Below are positions 27,630-41,701 of a stretch of DNA of 51,299 bases, piece after piece. Both the position numbers and the translations under genes were made by a program. The notes beneath the pieces were generated by a model. That model was given only the letters and a program-made list of their open reading frames with translations, searched no databases and was not told the origin of the DNA. Each line of letters starts with the position of its first letter. Within the stretch, counting starts at the first letter, position 1. The DNA comes from Kondoa subrosea (Eukaryota): positions 992,001 to 1,043,299 of the forward strand of contig BCIN01000007.1 in NCBI GenBank assembly GCA_039545335.1, in the 5' to 3' direction.

Positions 27630-27855
27630 ATGATAGTAGAGTGTCAGTAGAAATGAGAGCAGATATGAATCAATCAAAGTTATACACAGATGAGAACATC
27701 TTGAACAGACATCGGACAAAGGGCTTCTTCGGCAGCGAATGACAGACGACGATGTCACATTCTTGGTTGGGTATGTAAATGATTTGCAAGTGATAAGATG
27801 TATTCACAAAACACAAAGGGGTAACCTTTCGAAGCATTCTTCTTTTCAAAGTGCT

Positions 27856-30087
27856 TCAATTCCAATACAGAGACGCATAGGTACCGAGAATGTTGTTGCT
27901 CGTATGGTTGCTGTAGAGTAAAACGTCTTCCGTTGAGTAGTGATGTTCCATTTGCAAGCGATTCAGGGCGTCCAAGACCATTGGGCGTATAAAATCGTAA
28001 AATGCGACATCGACAGTTTCCGCTTCTTTATCGTAATCGGTCGCCAAGAAGACTGCGGGATTGTAGTAGGGCAAAGGTAAATGTAGCGTATCATCTCCTT
28101 GTCCAGCACATTTATCAATAGTAACGCTACAAGCCAGTCAGCGAATAGCGACGTTCTGCAACTAGCACTCACTAGCCATAACTTGTGGGCTTAGTATTTC
28201 CTCCTTTCATTGCTAGAGCGGCAGTGTAGCCTTCCTGCATCTTCTCCCTTGTAGCCAGCACTTCTTTCTCTTCGAACGCCTGCCTTTCATTTCTATTCTC
28301 CACCGCAGAGCTATTGTAATATTCTCCATATTTGTTCAAGCTCTCCAAAAGGCCTTTCGCCAAAGCAACAGGAACATCAGGAACGAAGTTGGCTTGATTG
28401 ATAAATGGGAAAACGAGAGATTGCGAATCAACCGTGAAAGGTCCTTTGCCTATATCGAAACGAGCTGAACCAGAATTGAAGAGGAATAAAGGTTGAGGAT
28501 TTGGTCGATGAGGTCTGGAGAGTAAAGCAGGAAAGATTTCGCTCAAGAGTAAATGGTACACCGATCGAGGATGATTGGCAGGATAGCGAGTCAAATAGTA
28601 GTCTAATGGATGAAATCAGCAGCGTAGAATCAATTATGCTGCTCACTTACTCTGGGGAGAATGCCCATAGGTGTAAGACAAGTTGAAAGCTTTCGAGATC
28701 TGGGTCATTTGATCTGTCAGGTTCTCGCCTTTCACGGTATCAAATTCTTCTGAGATATCGGCTGTGTGATATTTGTACTGAAAAAATTGTTAGACCCATC
28801 ATTCGGGGCAAGACAGGCTGACGCACAGTTCTTCTGTTGTTGTCCAAATATCTTCGCTGAATATTCAGAGCCTTATCGTGTAATTCGTTCAAGCCTGACA
28901 CAGACATCCAACCAATCGTTTCCAGATATCGACCGCTAGCCAAAGTCATGGATCGATCGTCGAGTTGATTACAATCTCGAATATGCGCGTGTCCGCCGAG
29001 GTTCAGTCTGTCCAGCGTGGAAACCACTTAGGTATCTATACACCTAGTGTGCTCACGACGAACATTGGAACAGTGGGCAATATCGCTCGAATAGCTCGAT
29101 GAACAATCTGCCATTCTTCCCAGCTCGCCTACTTTCATCAATGATTCTGCGCTAACTAACACCAAGATAGACTTACTGGGATATGACCAACAAGCAGTAT
29201 CACATCCGCTCCTCTCCTCACTTGTTCAAGAAACCATTCTTCCTTGATCCAGTGATCGACAAACTGAACGTGAATGCCTTTCGCAGCCAAAGTGAAATTG
29301 AACATCAATCCAAAGGATAAGACTTCTCTTCCCTGCTCAGTCTTGAACCGTCGGAAAGGTGAACCAAGAAATCGATTGTTTGGTGATGTTAGATTGGTGT
29401 TGGAGGTTAAATAGCGAGATCCGAAGAGAGGGGCAAGTCTTTCGTGCGCATCCAAAGCTATAGTATAATCTAGAATAGATATGAACGGAGAACCCATAAC
29501 AGGTAGAGGATGAGACGGACTGTACAGCTCATGATTCCCAATCGAAAGAATATCGTATGGCAAGTTCAAAAGAAGATTAGTAGCCATCGTCCTATGCAGA
29601 ATCGATATATTGGTCATCGCAGTTGTACTAGAGCTGTACTGACCCTCGAATGCCAGTATCTGCCTAAAACAAGTATTGGCTTACGTTCTTGTCTCGCAAG
29701 TAAAACACTCACATCCACTAAGCCATTGCCATCGTGCAAGTCTCCACTATCGACCATCAACAAATCGACACCTCTTCTTCGCGCGTCTTGCTTGAGATGA
29801 TGAACGAAGGAATACAAATCGCCTATGTCGCCCGAATAATTCGGCTCAGGAGTGCCCGATCCTAGATGACCACGTAACCATCCATCTATTCCTGGAGATG
29901 AGTACACTCCTTCGATATAGAAACAGGAAGACGAACGGGTATCTGTTGTATGAACTATATTGAGTTCACCCCAAGGTAGTTTGGCATAAGGAGCTGAAGG
30001 AGCGGAGTGAGAGGAAGGTTGCTGGAAGACATGTTGCTGGGCACGACAAAGGGGGACTAGAAGGAAGAATAGATAAAGTGACAACAT
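27856..30087 (-). CDS. Secreted calcineurin-like metallophosphoesterase (5'-nucleotidase family)
   Basis: Signal peptide MLSLYLFFLLVPLCRA and motifs NIVHTTDT, GWLRGH, DSGDLHDGNG, IGNHELY, LVGHIPV, GGHAHIRD, ASGRYLETIGW and NSGSARFDI. Confidence 0.88.
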
Positions 30088-30306
30088 CGCTCGCGCTCGA
30101 AGTAGCCAGATTAATGAGCAATGCACGCGTAACGCACGGCAGGCAGCGATGAAGAGCAGCAACAGAATCAGGGGTATAATGCCATGGACAGCGAGGCAGC
30201 ACAAGTGCTCTCCTCTTCGAGTTTGGTCGAGACAGGTTGACCGCATACTTCCATCTCCAGAGCTTCCTCGCCGGCTTGTCCCTGTCACAGCCTCGTACAG
30301 AACAGG

Positions 30307-31196
30307 ATGGAGCAACTCTTACAAGGCAGTGCGTTGGATGCAGAGCAGAAGTTTATCGCTGGACACATAAAGACTCTGGGCGGGCTCAAAGTCAAGTATG
30401 GCCCAGATTACAGTCTACCTCCTTCTTCCAGACCTAGGAGAGCTCCAATTGCAGAGGTACGCTTTCTATACTCATCATGCGTAGCCAGAGACTCAAAAGC
30501 TGATTACGTTTGAGCCAGATCCCTTTGCAACCGCCGCCAGCAGTAGCTGAAGCAAGTACTTCAAGCAAACTCACACTAGAAATCAAATGCTCTAAACCTC
30601 CTCTTTCTTTCTCTCTATCATGCACGACAACTCAAACTATCGCAGCATTAAAGCAACAACTCGTAAACGAGAACAAAGGTTCAGCACCTCTGGTTGACGA
30701 TCAACGTTGGTTGCTCAAAGGCAAAGTCATGGCCGATACGAAATTATTGAAAGATTATGATCTACCTTCTTCTTCCGCTACCGTTACAATGATGTTGAAA
30801 CCTGGAGCTACATATCCACCTAAACCTGCTCAACAAGAAAAAGCAGAGGAAACAGATCATCCTGCACCACCTTTATTACGTCTCAACACTTCTGATATCC
30901 CTCCTCCAGTTTTAGTTGGTCCAGTACATGAGTCTTTATCGACTACAGCTTTCCAATTTAAAGTTCAAGAGGTTGATTTCTGGAAAAAGACACTCGAGAA
31001 TCTGGAACAACAGTTTGAGGGGGATAGAGATGCGGCTGTGAAAGTTTGGGAGCAATGGTTTGGGAGCAGCAAACATTGGTTGACACCGAATTTGGTTGCC
31101 AAGATCAGAGAAGGAGTGGATGTGCTTGGTTGGTTCTATTCTGTAGTATGGTCAGCTTATGTACTGATTGATGTTGCAGCGATGGGTGGCAATTGA
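30307..31196 (+). CDS. GET5: Ubiquitin-like domain protein Get5/Mdy2
   Basis: N-terminal EQKFI..HIKTL...KVKYGPDY (like the Get4-binding segment), Ubl domain TIAALKQQL...QRWLLKGKVMADTKLLKDY and C-terminal FWKKTLENLEQQF. Confidence 0.75.
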
Positions 31197-31603
31197 GCGC
31201 AAGAGAATGTCTTTCAGAATGATTGCCTTTGTGCAAAGCATGACAAAACGGCACAGGCTATATGCCAAAGCATAGCGGTCAACAAATAGATCGCTACGGC
31301 AGTGAAGCAATGCATTACATCTCACAAGAAGTGCTGAATACGGAACACTTGCGCTTTAAATCACTCGCAACATTTGCAATCTAAAACAGACACGTATTCC
31401 GTTATACTGGTATCACTCCAATATATAGGCTCTTTGTACTGTACGATTTGATCATAAGCAAACAGTGCAAGTTGACCTCAGGAAAGATTCACCTCCTCGC
31501 CATCCCTCGCTTCATAAGCTTCGCGCAAAATAGTTGAGCTAAAGCAATCGAAAGGTGCAAATTCAGTCAATTTGCGCTGTAAAGGAAGCGTCTCAGCAAT
31601 GAT

Positions 31604-33230
31604 TTAAAGCTCTACAATCTGTGAACAGAGAGCATACATTCCGCTGTCTGATAATACGCCTTTTAGGTCCACGAGGGCGCACCAAGGGATATCGCTTCCC
31701 AATAGCCGTAGGGCTAGAGTGAGTGGACAAAAAGCAGTTCGTAAGAGGGATCTATGTGAGAAAAACAATATCAATACCGCTCTCCAGATTCAGAAATAGA
31801 AAGGCTTACGTTCGTCTTTTCCAACTCGAAAGGAGATACAGTTGCTTTTAGCCGGAAGTCTATACCTCGTGTGGTGCAACGGTAGCGGATGATGCTGAAC
31901 AAGAGCATTGCCAGTTCTGCCAAATTTGCCGCTGCCATATCATCCTCTTGGACATCGTCGATTTCATAAGCGGCGTAGAGCTCTGGATCGCGCTCAGAGA
32001 ATCTAGACGTTATGAAAAGGTGTCGTAATGTCTTCTCTAGCCCAGCGAGACAATGCGGCGATTCGAAAGCGAGGATTTGAGCCAACACTTTATGGTCATA
32101 TAAACAATCCGATTTAAGCGATTCCAACCAATTATCTCTGAGCACGATTTCTAATTGTGTAAGCTGAGATCCTCGTTTTCTCATCTGTTTGAATTTGTCG
32201 GGCAAGGCCGCGAGGACGAAGACCGAGTGGGGACAGAGTAATCGTAGGTGTTGAAGGGAGGGTGGATATGAAAGCCGACCAAGGAGAACATTATCCAGCT
32301 CAAGGGTAAGATCCGTCAATTGCCAGCATTGATCAAGCAAGCGAGGCTGTATTCGTAATTGCGAGATCTTCATACGCAATATTTGAAGAGTTGGAGCAGC
32401 CCGCTGAGCAATCTCTTTCACGAGAAGCATGTCCAGGCTGAAACGTATATCTAGCTTGTTGATGTTTGCAGCCAGATCCAAGGGAAAATCGTCTTCTCCA
32501 TCGAACCAGTCTCTCGCGTTACCAGCTAACCAGGCACTGGGATAGTCATCACCTGGTAAGATGGCCAATGTCTTGTTTTTGGGTTCTTCATGACGTTGCC
32601 CAAGTATCGCCGGAGCTTTCTTGCGGAGATACCAAGAATAAAGACTGTCATGGACACAGTGGTACGCCAATGGCCTCGGATGTAACAAGTCGACGACCTT
32701 TTCCAATGCAGCGTTTACAATCAAATCGCTTGAACGTGTTGATTCCGCTACAAAGAGAGAAAGGTATCGCAATGCGGGAGACCGGTGTAACAATTTGTGG
32801 ATGAGTGGCAGACTGTGCTGACATAGGAATCTTTCTGGCTCCAGGAAGCGAAGATGAACTTGACAGAGGTAGGAGAACCGCACATGGGCTTCAGGAAGGC
32901 TGAGAAAGGAGGAGAGCTCTTGCCAACTGCCGAAAAAGGCGTAGCGATATGAAAGCTTTGACACAAAATCACAGTATACGTGTGAGACTAGACGCAAACG
33001 CGACAATGCTGCCAGGAAATTGTTTGAGACAAGAGTGTGAGGATATGCGGCGGTTCCAGACACTGGAGAACGCGTTAAAGATCCAGCCTTACAGCTCCGA
33101 GCTCAGACTCACTGCATTCAATATCTCTCTCTGCATCAACGGCCTCTAGCACTACCATTTCTCTCAATTCACAAGGCAATTCGCCATAGCAAGCGAAGCT
33201 CTGCAGATCTCGGCGAAAGGGGCGAATCAT
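31604..33230 (-). CDS. F-box-like/LRR-like protein, copy B (intact)
   Basis: MIRPFRRDLQSFACYGELPCELREMVVLEA, a long exon matching ORF 31771-33063, and two more exons ending IVEL*. Confidence 0.75.
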
Positions 33231-33403
33231 GGTTGAGGAAAAGAAGCGCTTGAGTCATGACTAGAGACTACCGCGATGCCGAGCTACAGTGATATACTAT
33301 CAAACAGCTAGATGAAGAAGTAGATAAAAACCGCGCTACGAGTATATCGAAGCCAGAAAGCCAGGAAGAGGTCAGCTCTAAAGACATGCTCCCGACCAAA
33401 GAG

Positions 33404-33845
33404 CTACGCGACTCGCTCTCGCAGTACCTTTCTTTCCTGACGGCATGACTGTGCGAGACTATTCAGCAGATGTTTTCCCAGAAATCAGGCTGCAACTCAC
33501 TTCACTATGACCTCCCTTGGTCCAATGCTTGAGTTGGCAATCGCGGCTGCAGCTAAGGTCCAAATATGAGTAACGGAAACACGAGACGAATCATCTGATG
33601 ACTCACTACATGGCCATGCAGGATTGTCCGCAGCAAACCTGATAATTTGTACTCTCTCCATCCCGCTCTCCCGCTCCTTTGCCTCGATAGCTTTGATAGC
33701 TATAACGCCAAACACAAATCTCTGCTTGCCAATTTGCGAAGCCTGTCCAACCTTTAGGCCATGCTAGAGCAAAGCGTTCTTTCGTTGCTGCTCCCCTTGC
33801 TGCCTTGAGTAAGATGCGGTCGCATTGAGCACAAGGGGTCAGATC
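33404..33845 (-). pseudogene. MYND zinc-finger gene relic or 3' part of an unresolved gene
   Basis: Removing introns 33553-33606 and 33449-33500 (both GTGAGT..YAG) gives ...YQVCCGQSCMAMYCSRDCQLKHWTKGGHSESCRQERKVLRERVA*. There is an in-frame TGA at 33846-33848 and no clear start. Confidence 0.6.
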
Positions 33846-34251
33846 TCAAGACAGACAGAAGCATCAATACAAATGTAGGTTCATTCAGAGAGAATGTCGA
33901 GAGGTGGTAGAAAGAAGAGGTGCACATGAAGCCGACATTCAAGCAAAATAGTTCAGGAATCGACCAGAGCAAGATGACGACAGCCAACTAGCCGCTAGCA
34001 AGAGTGACACGAGATGCGATACGGGAACACGCAAGCAACGAGAGCAAAATGACTATTCGGTGATTCAATCTGCAGCCTGAGCCTGAATTCAATGAGCAAG
34101 AAAAGCAGTCGCGCGCCAGCATTATCTTTCGACTTCGCTCAGAGATCTTCTAAGCACTAGCCGAGTTGGATTGAGAGCAATGAGTATCGTATATGGCCGC
34201 TAGCGAATGACAAACAATTGTTCCCCAAAACCTCCAGCAAGCTCTAGAGTC

Positions 34252-35810
34252 ATGGAATCGTCGCTCTCCACAGTACAGAGCTTACCTCAAGCAAAGCGAA
34301 CAGACGCATTCACTGCATTGCTCTCGTCTACTTTCGCTAGTTCATCGAATCTCGCGCATGACTTGCAATTGTTCTTGCAAGCTGTCATCTCTGAAGCAAC
34401 GGGTCTCGTAGTCTCGCGTCAGGTCTTGAGCGAATATGTGAAATCTCTGGCTACCACACCTGAACCAGCTGAGGCACTCAAGGATTCTGATGTGAAACGA
34501 CGCATCATCGAACAGAGCATAGAACTCTTGTCGCCTCGTATGGTCACTTATGAAGAGCAAGTCAGTCATCCAGGGTACAGTATGTGAATCTTTCACTTAC
34601 GGCCCAAGATCATTGACAGATCTCGGACCTTCGAATGCAATTGGGCGATCTACTCGAAGCTGAAGAAGAATGGGGAGACGCAGCAAAAGCATTAGTCGGT
34701 ATCCCACTTGAATCAGGGCATCGGTAAGCAGTACTGCGGCCCATAATTGCTCAAAGCTAAACAATTGGAGCAGACCTATTCCAGACGAATTCAAGCTGAA
34801 CCTCTACATTCGCGTTGTTCGACTTTACTTAGAAGATGACGATGCAGTTTCAGCGGAAACCTTCTTCAATCGGGCAACGCTATTGATACATGGTAACAAG
34901 GACAAGGCTCTGAATCGTTAGTCTATTCATCCTATCGCTTTTCGTCTTTTAACATTCGTTCATGCAGTACATTACAAACTGGCTCAAGCACGAATCTTTG
35001 ACTCTCAGCGTAGATTCAACGAAGCTGGATCAAAGTATCACGAAATCAGCTACGTTGTCGACTTAGACGAAGATGATCGTTTGGCAGCCTTGGGAGCAGC
35101 AGTCACTTGCGCCATCTTGGGTCCAGCAGGTCCTCAACGGTCTCGTCTATTGGCAACTCTTTACCGAGATGATCGAACTCAGAACTTACCTCAACAAGCA
35201 ATTTTGGCAGCTACCTTCCTCGATCACATTATTCGACCTGCTTTAGTTGAAGAATTCGCTGCTCAATTAAAACCACATCAATTAGCTAAACTTCCACCGG
35301 CTCAATTCATCCCTAAAAATTTAGATGAAGACGTTTCAGATAAAGCAAAAAGATCACCTGAAAACGTCTTGGATCGAGCAGTCATGGAACACAACTTGTT
35401 ATCGGCTTCTAGAATTTACAGCAACATTACTTTCAAAGGTTTAGGTTTGTTGTTGAGTTTAACTCCGAGCGCTAGTGAAGCAATGGCCAGAACTATGATT
35501 GGGCAAGGAAGATTGAAAGCTTCTATTGATCAAGTGGAGGGTCTGATTACTTTCGATGCTGCTCCAAGGGAATTGGAAGGGGCCGTCAGTAATGTAGCAG
35601 CGAAGAGTGGTGGGGATTTAGATGAGAGGGAAGAAGAGACAGTAGTTGCGGACGAGACGTTCAGGTGGGATGCAGCGATCAGGAAAGCTTCACAAGCCGT
35701 CGAAGAGCTTGCAACGAGGACTAGTCTGGTTGGTTTCGCTTCTCGCACAAGAAGGATTACTTTGCTGATACGTCTTGCTACAGTTGATGGCTGCGAGTGC
35801 AACGGCTTGA
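34252..35810 (+). CDS. CSN4: COP9 signalosome subunit 4 (PCI domain)
   Basis: GLVVSRQVL, PRMVTYEEQ, IRVVRLLLEDDD, AVTCAILGPAGPQRSRLLATLYRDDR, LKPHQLA, LDRAVMEHNLLSASRIYSNI and MIGQGRLKASIDQV. Confidence 0.95.
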
Positions 35811-36259
35811 TGTAAATTTGCAAGGTCCCAAAGAAGAGCAAAATTGTACAATAGAAGCATGCTATCTCATACTCTACAAGTATAGAAATGGGCTGTAACA
35901 TGAATATCCGGCCCGTGATCAAGTCTACTCGATGCTCGTATGCGATAGCTACAAGGGCACAGTTGATGAATTGCGCCCCTAGAGGCATTCCGCGAAGTAT
36001 TGCAAATCTACAGAAACGCGATTAGGTATGTCCTTTGCTCAGCTGAAAAGCAAAACATACTTCGAATTGTAATATAGTTGCATGCTCGAACAATCTCCAG
36101 CAGTGTACAAGCGAGGTTGCCAGGAGAGATTTGCCCCGATCCATTGACATGCAAGTTACATCCTTTCAGACCGATTTTCCAAGCAGAGTTTGCCTGTTCA
36201 CAGTTCACACCAAGAATTATACAGTTCTGACAAAACTTTTCACATGGTCTTCTTCCTCA

Positions 36260-37774
36260 TCACTTTTGTTGTTGCTGCTGTTGAAGTATTCCAGCCATTT
36301 GAGCCCATTGGACCAATTGTTCAAGCCCTTGAGGCGGTTGAGGAAGATTTGGAAGACTTGGTGTAGCTGGAATTGCTGTTGATACTTGCCTCTTCGCATT
36401 ATTGCTGCTAGGATCAGGTAAATTGACACCAAAACTACCTAATCGATCCTTCATCAACGCTTCATTCACATTTCTCAAACTTGTATTCTCCTCTTCCAAT
36501 TTCCTAACTTTTTCTTTCAAATCAGCCAATTCCTGCTTCTTTTTCTCTTGAGTTATTTTCGCGTTTCTTCTATTCCGTTCAGCTACTGCTAATTTCCTTT
36601 CTTCAGGTGGTAAATGAGAAGTAGAATTCAATACTCGAGCGGGAACAGGTTTCGCTTTCTTTGAAAGTGGTTCGCCATCAGAACCCAGTTTAGGTGGTCG
36701 ACCTCTTTTCCTTTTGACAGGAGGTGCTGGAGCTTCTTCAACTGATGGTGTTGGAGCTGTTACGGAAGCTGGAGTTTCTGCAGCAGGAGAAAAAGATAGA
36801 GGAGAAAGTTGCTGTTGAGGTAATGAAGGTGTAGCTGCTGGTGCGGGGAAAGAAGAGTCGAATGTCGGGAAAGAAAATGGTGTGACCGATGAAGCCGGAG
36901 AAGGAGCAGAAGAAGGTTTGCTAGCCAAAGGGAATGCAAAAGATTGCGATAAAGCTGATAGAGGCGGCAATGATTTGGCTAAAGAGAAGTCGAGAGGCTC
37001 AGAATTTGAATAAGAAGGGTTTGAAAGAGGACTCGGAATATTGTTGGAGAGCGGACTCGGGTTGTTATTTGCCATTTGACTCAATTGATGCGCCCAGAAA
37101 TCTTCGGATAGCTTTAATGCAGGTTCAGCACCAAAAGGACCAGGGACAAGATCAGGAGATAAAGATGAAGTAGAGGCGAAAGGAGGAGCCAAAGCTTGAG
37201 CTGTTAAGACCTCTTCATCTCCTGAAGCTGTATCCGATTCTGGCACATATTCCTCGTCTTCATCGTTACTCGTTTGCAACACTGCCTTTTCTTTACCCTT
37301 GCCATTGCTAGTGACTGTACTTGCTTTGGCAGCTTTAAGAGCAGCCAATCTTGGAGGCCTGAAATCTGGATCATCTGATTCTGATTCTGAAGGAAAGTCA
37401 ATGAAAGCCTCCATATTGACTTCATCTGAAGGAGGAACGACAGGTAAACGACCAGAACGAGTTGGCTGGATGTGGTAGACTTCAGAAGATGGTCTCGTTT
37501 TGTAGCTGTCTGAAGTGCTTCTCGTTTCCGAAGCTGATTGCAATGGTGCCGGACCAGGAGTGAGTTGAGACATGGATTGCAAGAAGTCGTAAGGACTGAT
37601 TTGAGCAGTGTTTGGTACAGATGAAAGGCCATTTGAGTTTGAGGTAACAGAAGCCGCGCCTGGAGAGGATGCAGGCTGGGAGAATAGTTGCATAAGGTTG
37701 GCTAGAGCTTTGGCAGCGTCTGTATGCGTGACACCGGACCCATGAGGTGGTGTATTTTGCTGAGCCAAACCCAT
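36260..37774 (-). CDS. Intronless transcription factor with an AT-hook and a bZIP domain
   Basis: KRKRGRPPK (AT-hook), then EERKLAVAERNRRNAKITQEKKKQELADLKEKVRKLEEENTSLRNVNEAL (basic region plus heptad leucines). The first ATG is at 37774, and the frame is open to 37942. Confidence 0.85.
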   Translation of the reverse strand: MGLAQQNTPPHGSGVTHTDAAKALANLMQLFSQPASSPGAASVTSNSNGLSSVPNTAQISPYDFLQSMSQLTPGPAPLQSASETRSTSDSYKTRPSSEVYHIQPTRSGRLPVVPPSDEVNMEAFIDFPSESESDDPDFRPPRLAALKAAKASTVTSNGKGKEKAVLQTSNDEDEEYVPESDTASGDEEVLTAQALAPPFASTSSLSPDLVPGPFGAEPALKLSEDFWAHQLSQMANNNPSPLSNNIPSPLSNPSYSNSEPLDFSLAKSLPPLSALSQSFAFPLASKPSSAPSPASSVTPFSFPTFDSSFPAPAATPSLPQQQLSPLSFSPAAETPASVTAPTPSVEEAPAPPVKRKRGRPPKLGSDGEPLSKKAKPVPARVLNSTSHLPPEERKLAVAERNRRNAKITQEKKKQELADLKEKVRKLEEENTSLRNVNEALMKDRLGSFGVNLPDPSSNNAKRQVSTAIPATPSLPNLPQPPQGLEQLVQWAQMAGILQQQQQQK

Positions 37775-38451
37775 GTTGTTCCTGCTCCGATCAAATCTAA
37801 ACGACTCTAGTTCAGCGATCGCAACGCGGCGTCTGGTGACGGCTGCTGACCTGCCTAGCTGAAACGACGCGAAAATCCAAAGCGGTCGATATGGGTCAAA
37901 ACAAGTTGCGTTCGAATGGACAGGAATTCCACTGATGGCCACTTTCTTCAGCTACGTCTTGCCGCTACCGGGTCCACGATAGTATGTCTGCGAGCGTCGA
38001 ATGGCAAAGTGTGCTGCAGCGACATGGTTTCTTCGTTTTCCGACCCAAATCAGCCTCGCAAGCGGTTTGCAAATCCATAAGTTTCTCTTCTATTTCCTGT
38101 CTCTGCGTGCTGGTCTACTCTGCGATTCCTCTGCAAACGATTTGATCTCAGATTACGCCAAGACAGGCTCAATTCCTGCTCTGATAGCGATTGCGCATAT
38201 CGAACTGCACACAGTCAGGATGCTTTCAAGCTTCCTCTTAGCTTTGTCAATCGTAGACCTTGTTTTAAGTTGTACTGTCTCAAACTTGGCTCTGAAGTCT
38301 CCCCGTTTTACTTTTGTTCTTTGCGAGAAGTTGGTTTCAGCTTTGAGATATCGTTTCTTTCTCTCTTCTTCCTCTTCTCTTCTATCCGATCGAGATATCT
38401 ATATCTGCTATCTTTCTGATCAACGTGTCCTCTGAATATGCTATGACTCCA

Positions 38452-38983
38452 GCCAGCGCAAGCTAAGCCAGAAGTCGTTCTTGATCACCTGGAGAAGTCA
38501 TTGCGATCTGCTTCTGAAACGGTGAGGAAGTATTTCGATGGAACTCAACCTAAAGACCTGAAAGTCCGCAATGAGCGAGACATTCATGTTGCAAATGGAT
38601 TTCTTGTCGTCGTCGAGATCTTGCTTCTGCTCTTAAGGCTTACATCGAATCGACCAGAATGATCCTTCAGACGACCGATACAACCCGTGATACTCAACTC
38701 CTGTTTACTACTTCAGTCTCAGCGGAACGCATTCTGCTCGATATTTGGCAGCTAGCCAATATTCTCAAAGCGCTCAAGAAGGATCAAGTAGCCCCCAAAA
38801 CAATGGTTCAAGACCCACGTGCTTCCCATCGTTGAACAAGATCGACTTCGTACTGGAGAATATCGCAACGTGGATGAGCTGGATGAACATTTGAAGATGG
38901 TAAAGCAGTTGCTCGCTACACGCCAAGAGTTACTGACGGACGAACACATGAAGATCCGCATTCTTCTCTTCGTTAGTCCTTAG
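38452..38983 (+). CDS. Hypothetical helical protein, apparently frameshifted at a C5A4 tract; start not located
   Basis: Protein-like frames PAQAKPEVVLDHLEKSLRSASETVRKYF.. / DLASALKAYIESTRMIL...ILKALKKDQVAP, then in the +1 frame KQWFKTHVLPIVEQDRL...RILLFVSP*. No family recognised. Confidence 0.35.
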
Positions 38984-39184
38984 AGTTGGATATTCGCTGC
39001 AATGCCTGTACATAGAATTATGCCTGTGTATCCTACTCAATGCATTCCCTTCTTCTTATGTCATATAGACAACTTTAGCCGCTGGATGAGCTGATATTAC
39101 TGAACACGAGCGGAAGACCCATAAAATCTCATCCGCGATCAAAACGCGACTTGCCCTCACACCAAACAACTTCTCAAATTCATC

Positions 39185-41564
<2,380 letters not shown>

Positions 41565-41701
41565 TTGATCTCTAGCATAAATCACATACCCTGTATATAG
41601 CCTCGTCTAAATTTGCATTTGCACGAAACTTTAGTCTCAAGCATTGAGTAGTACATATTCACACCCGAGATATGGACAAAGAAATATCACAACACAGTGT
41701 C

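Noticed and set aside
38001..38435. 144-aa hydrophobic ORF (+)
   Set aside because: It derives from pyrimidine-rich sequence upstream of the bZIP gene and has no motif support.
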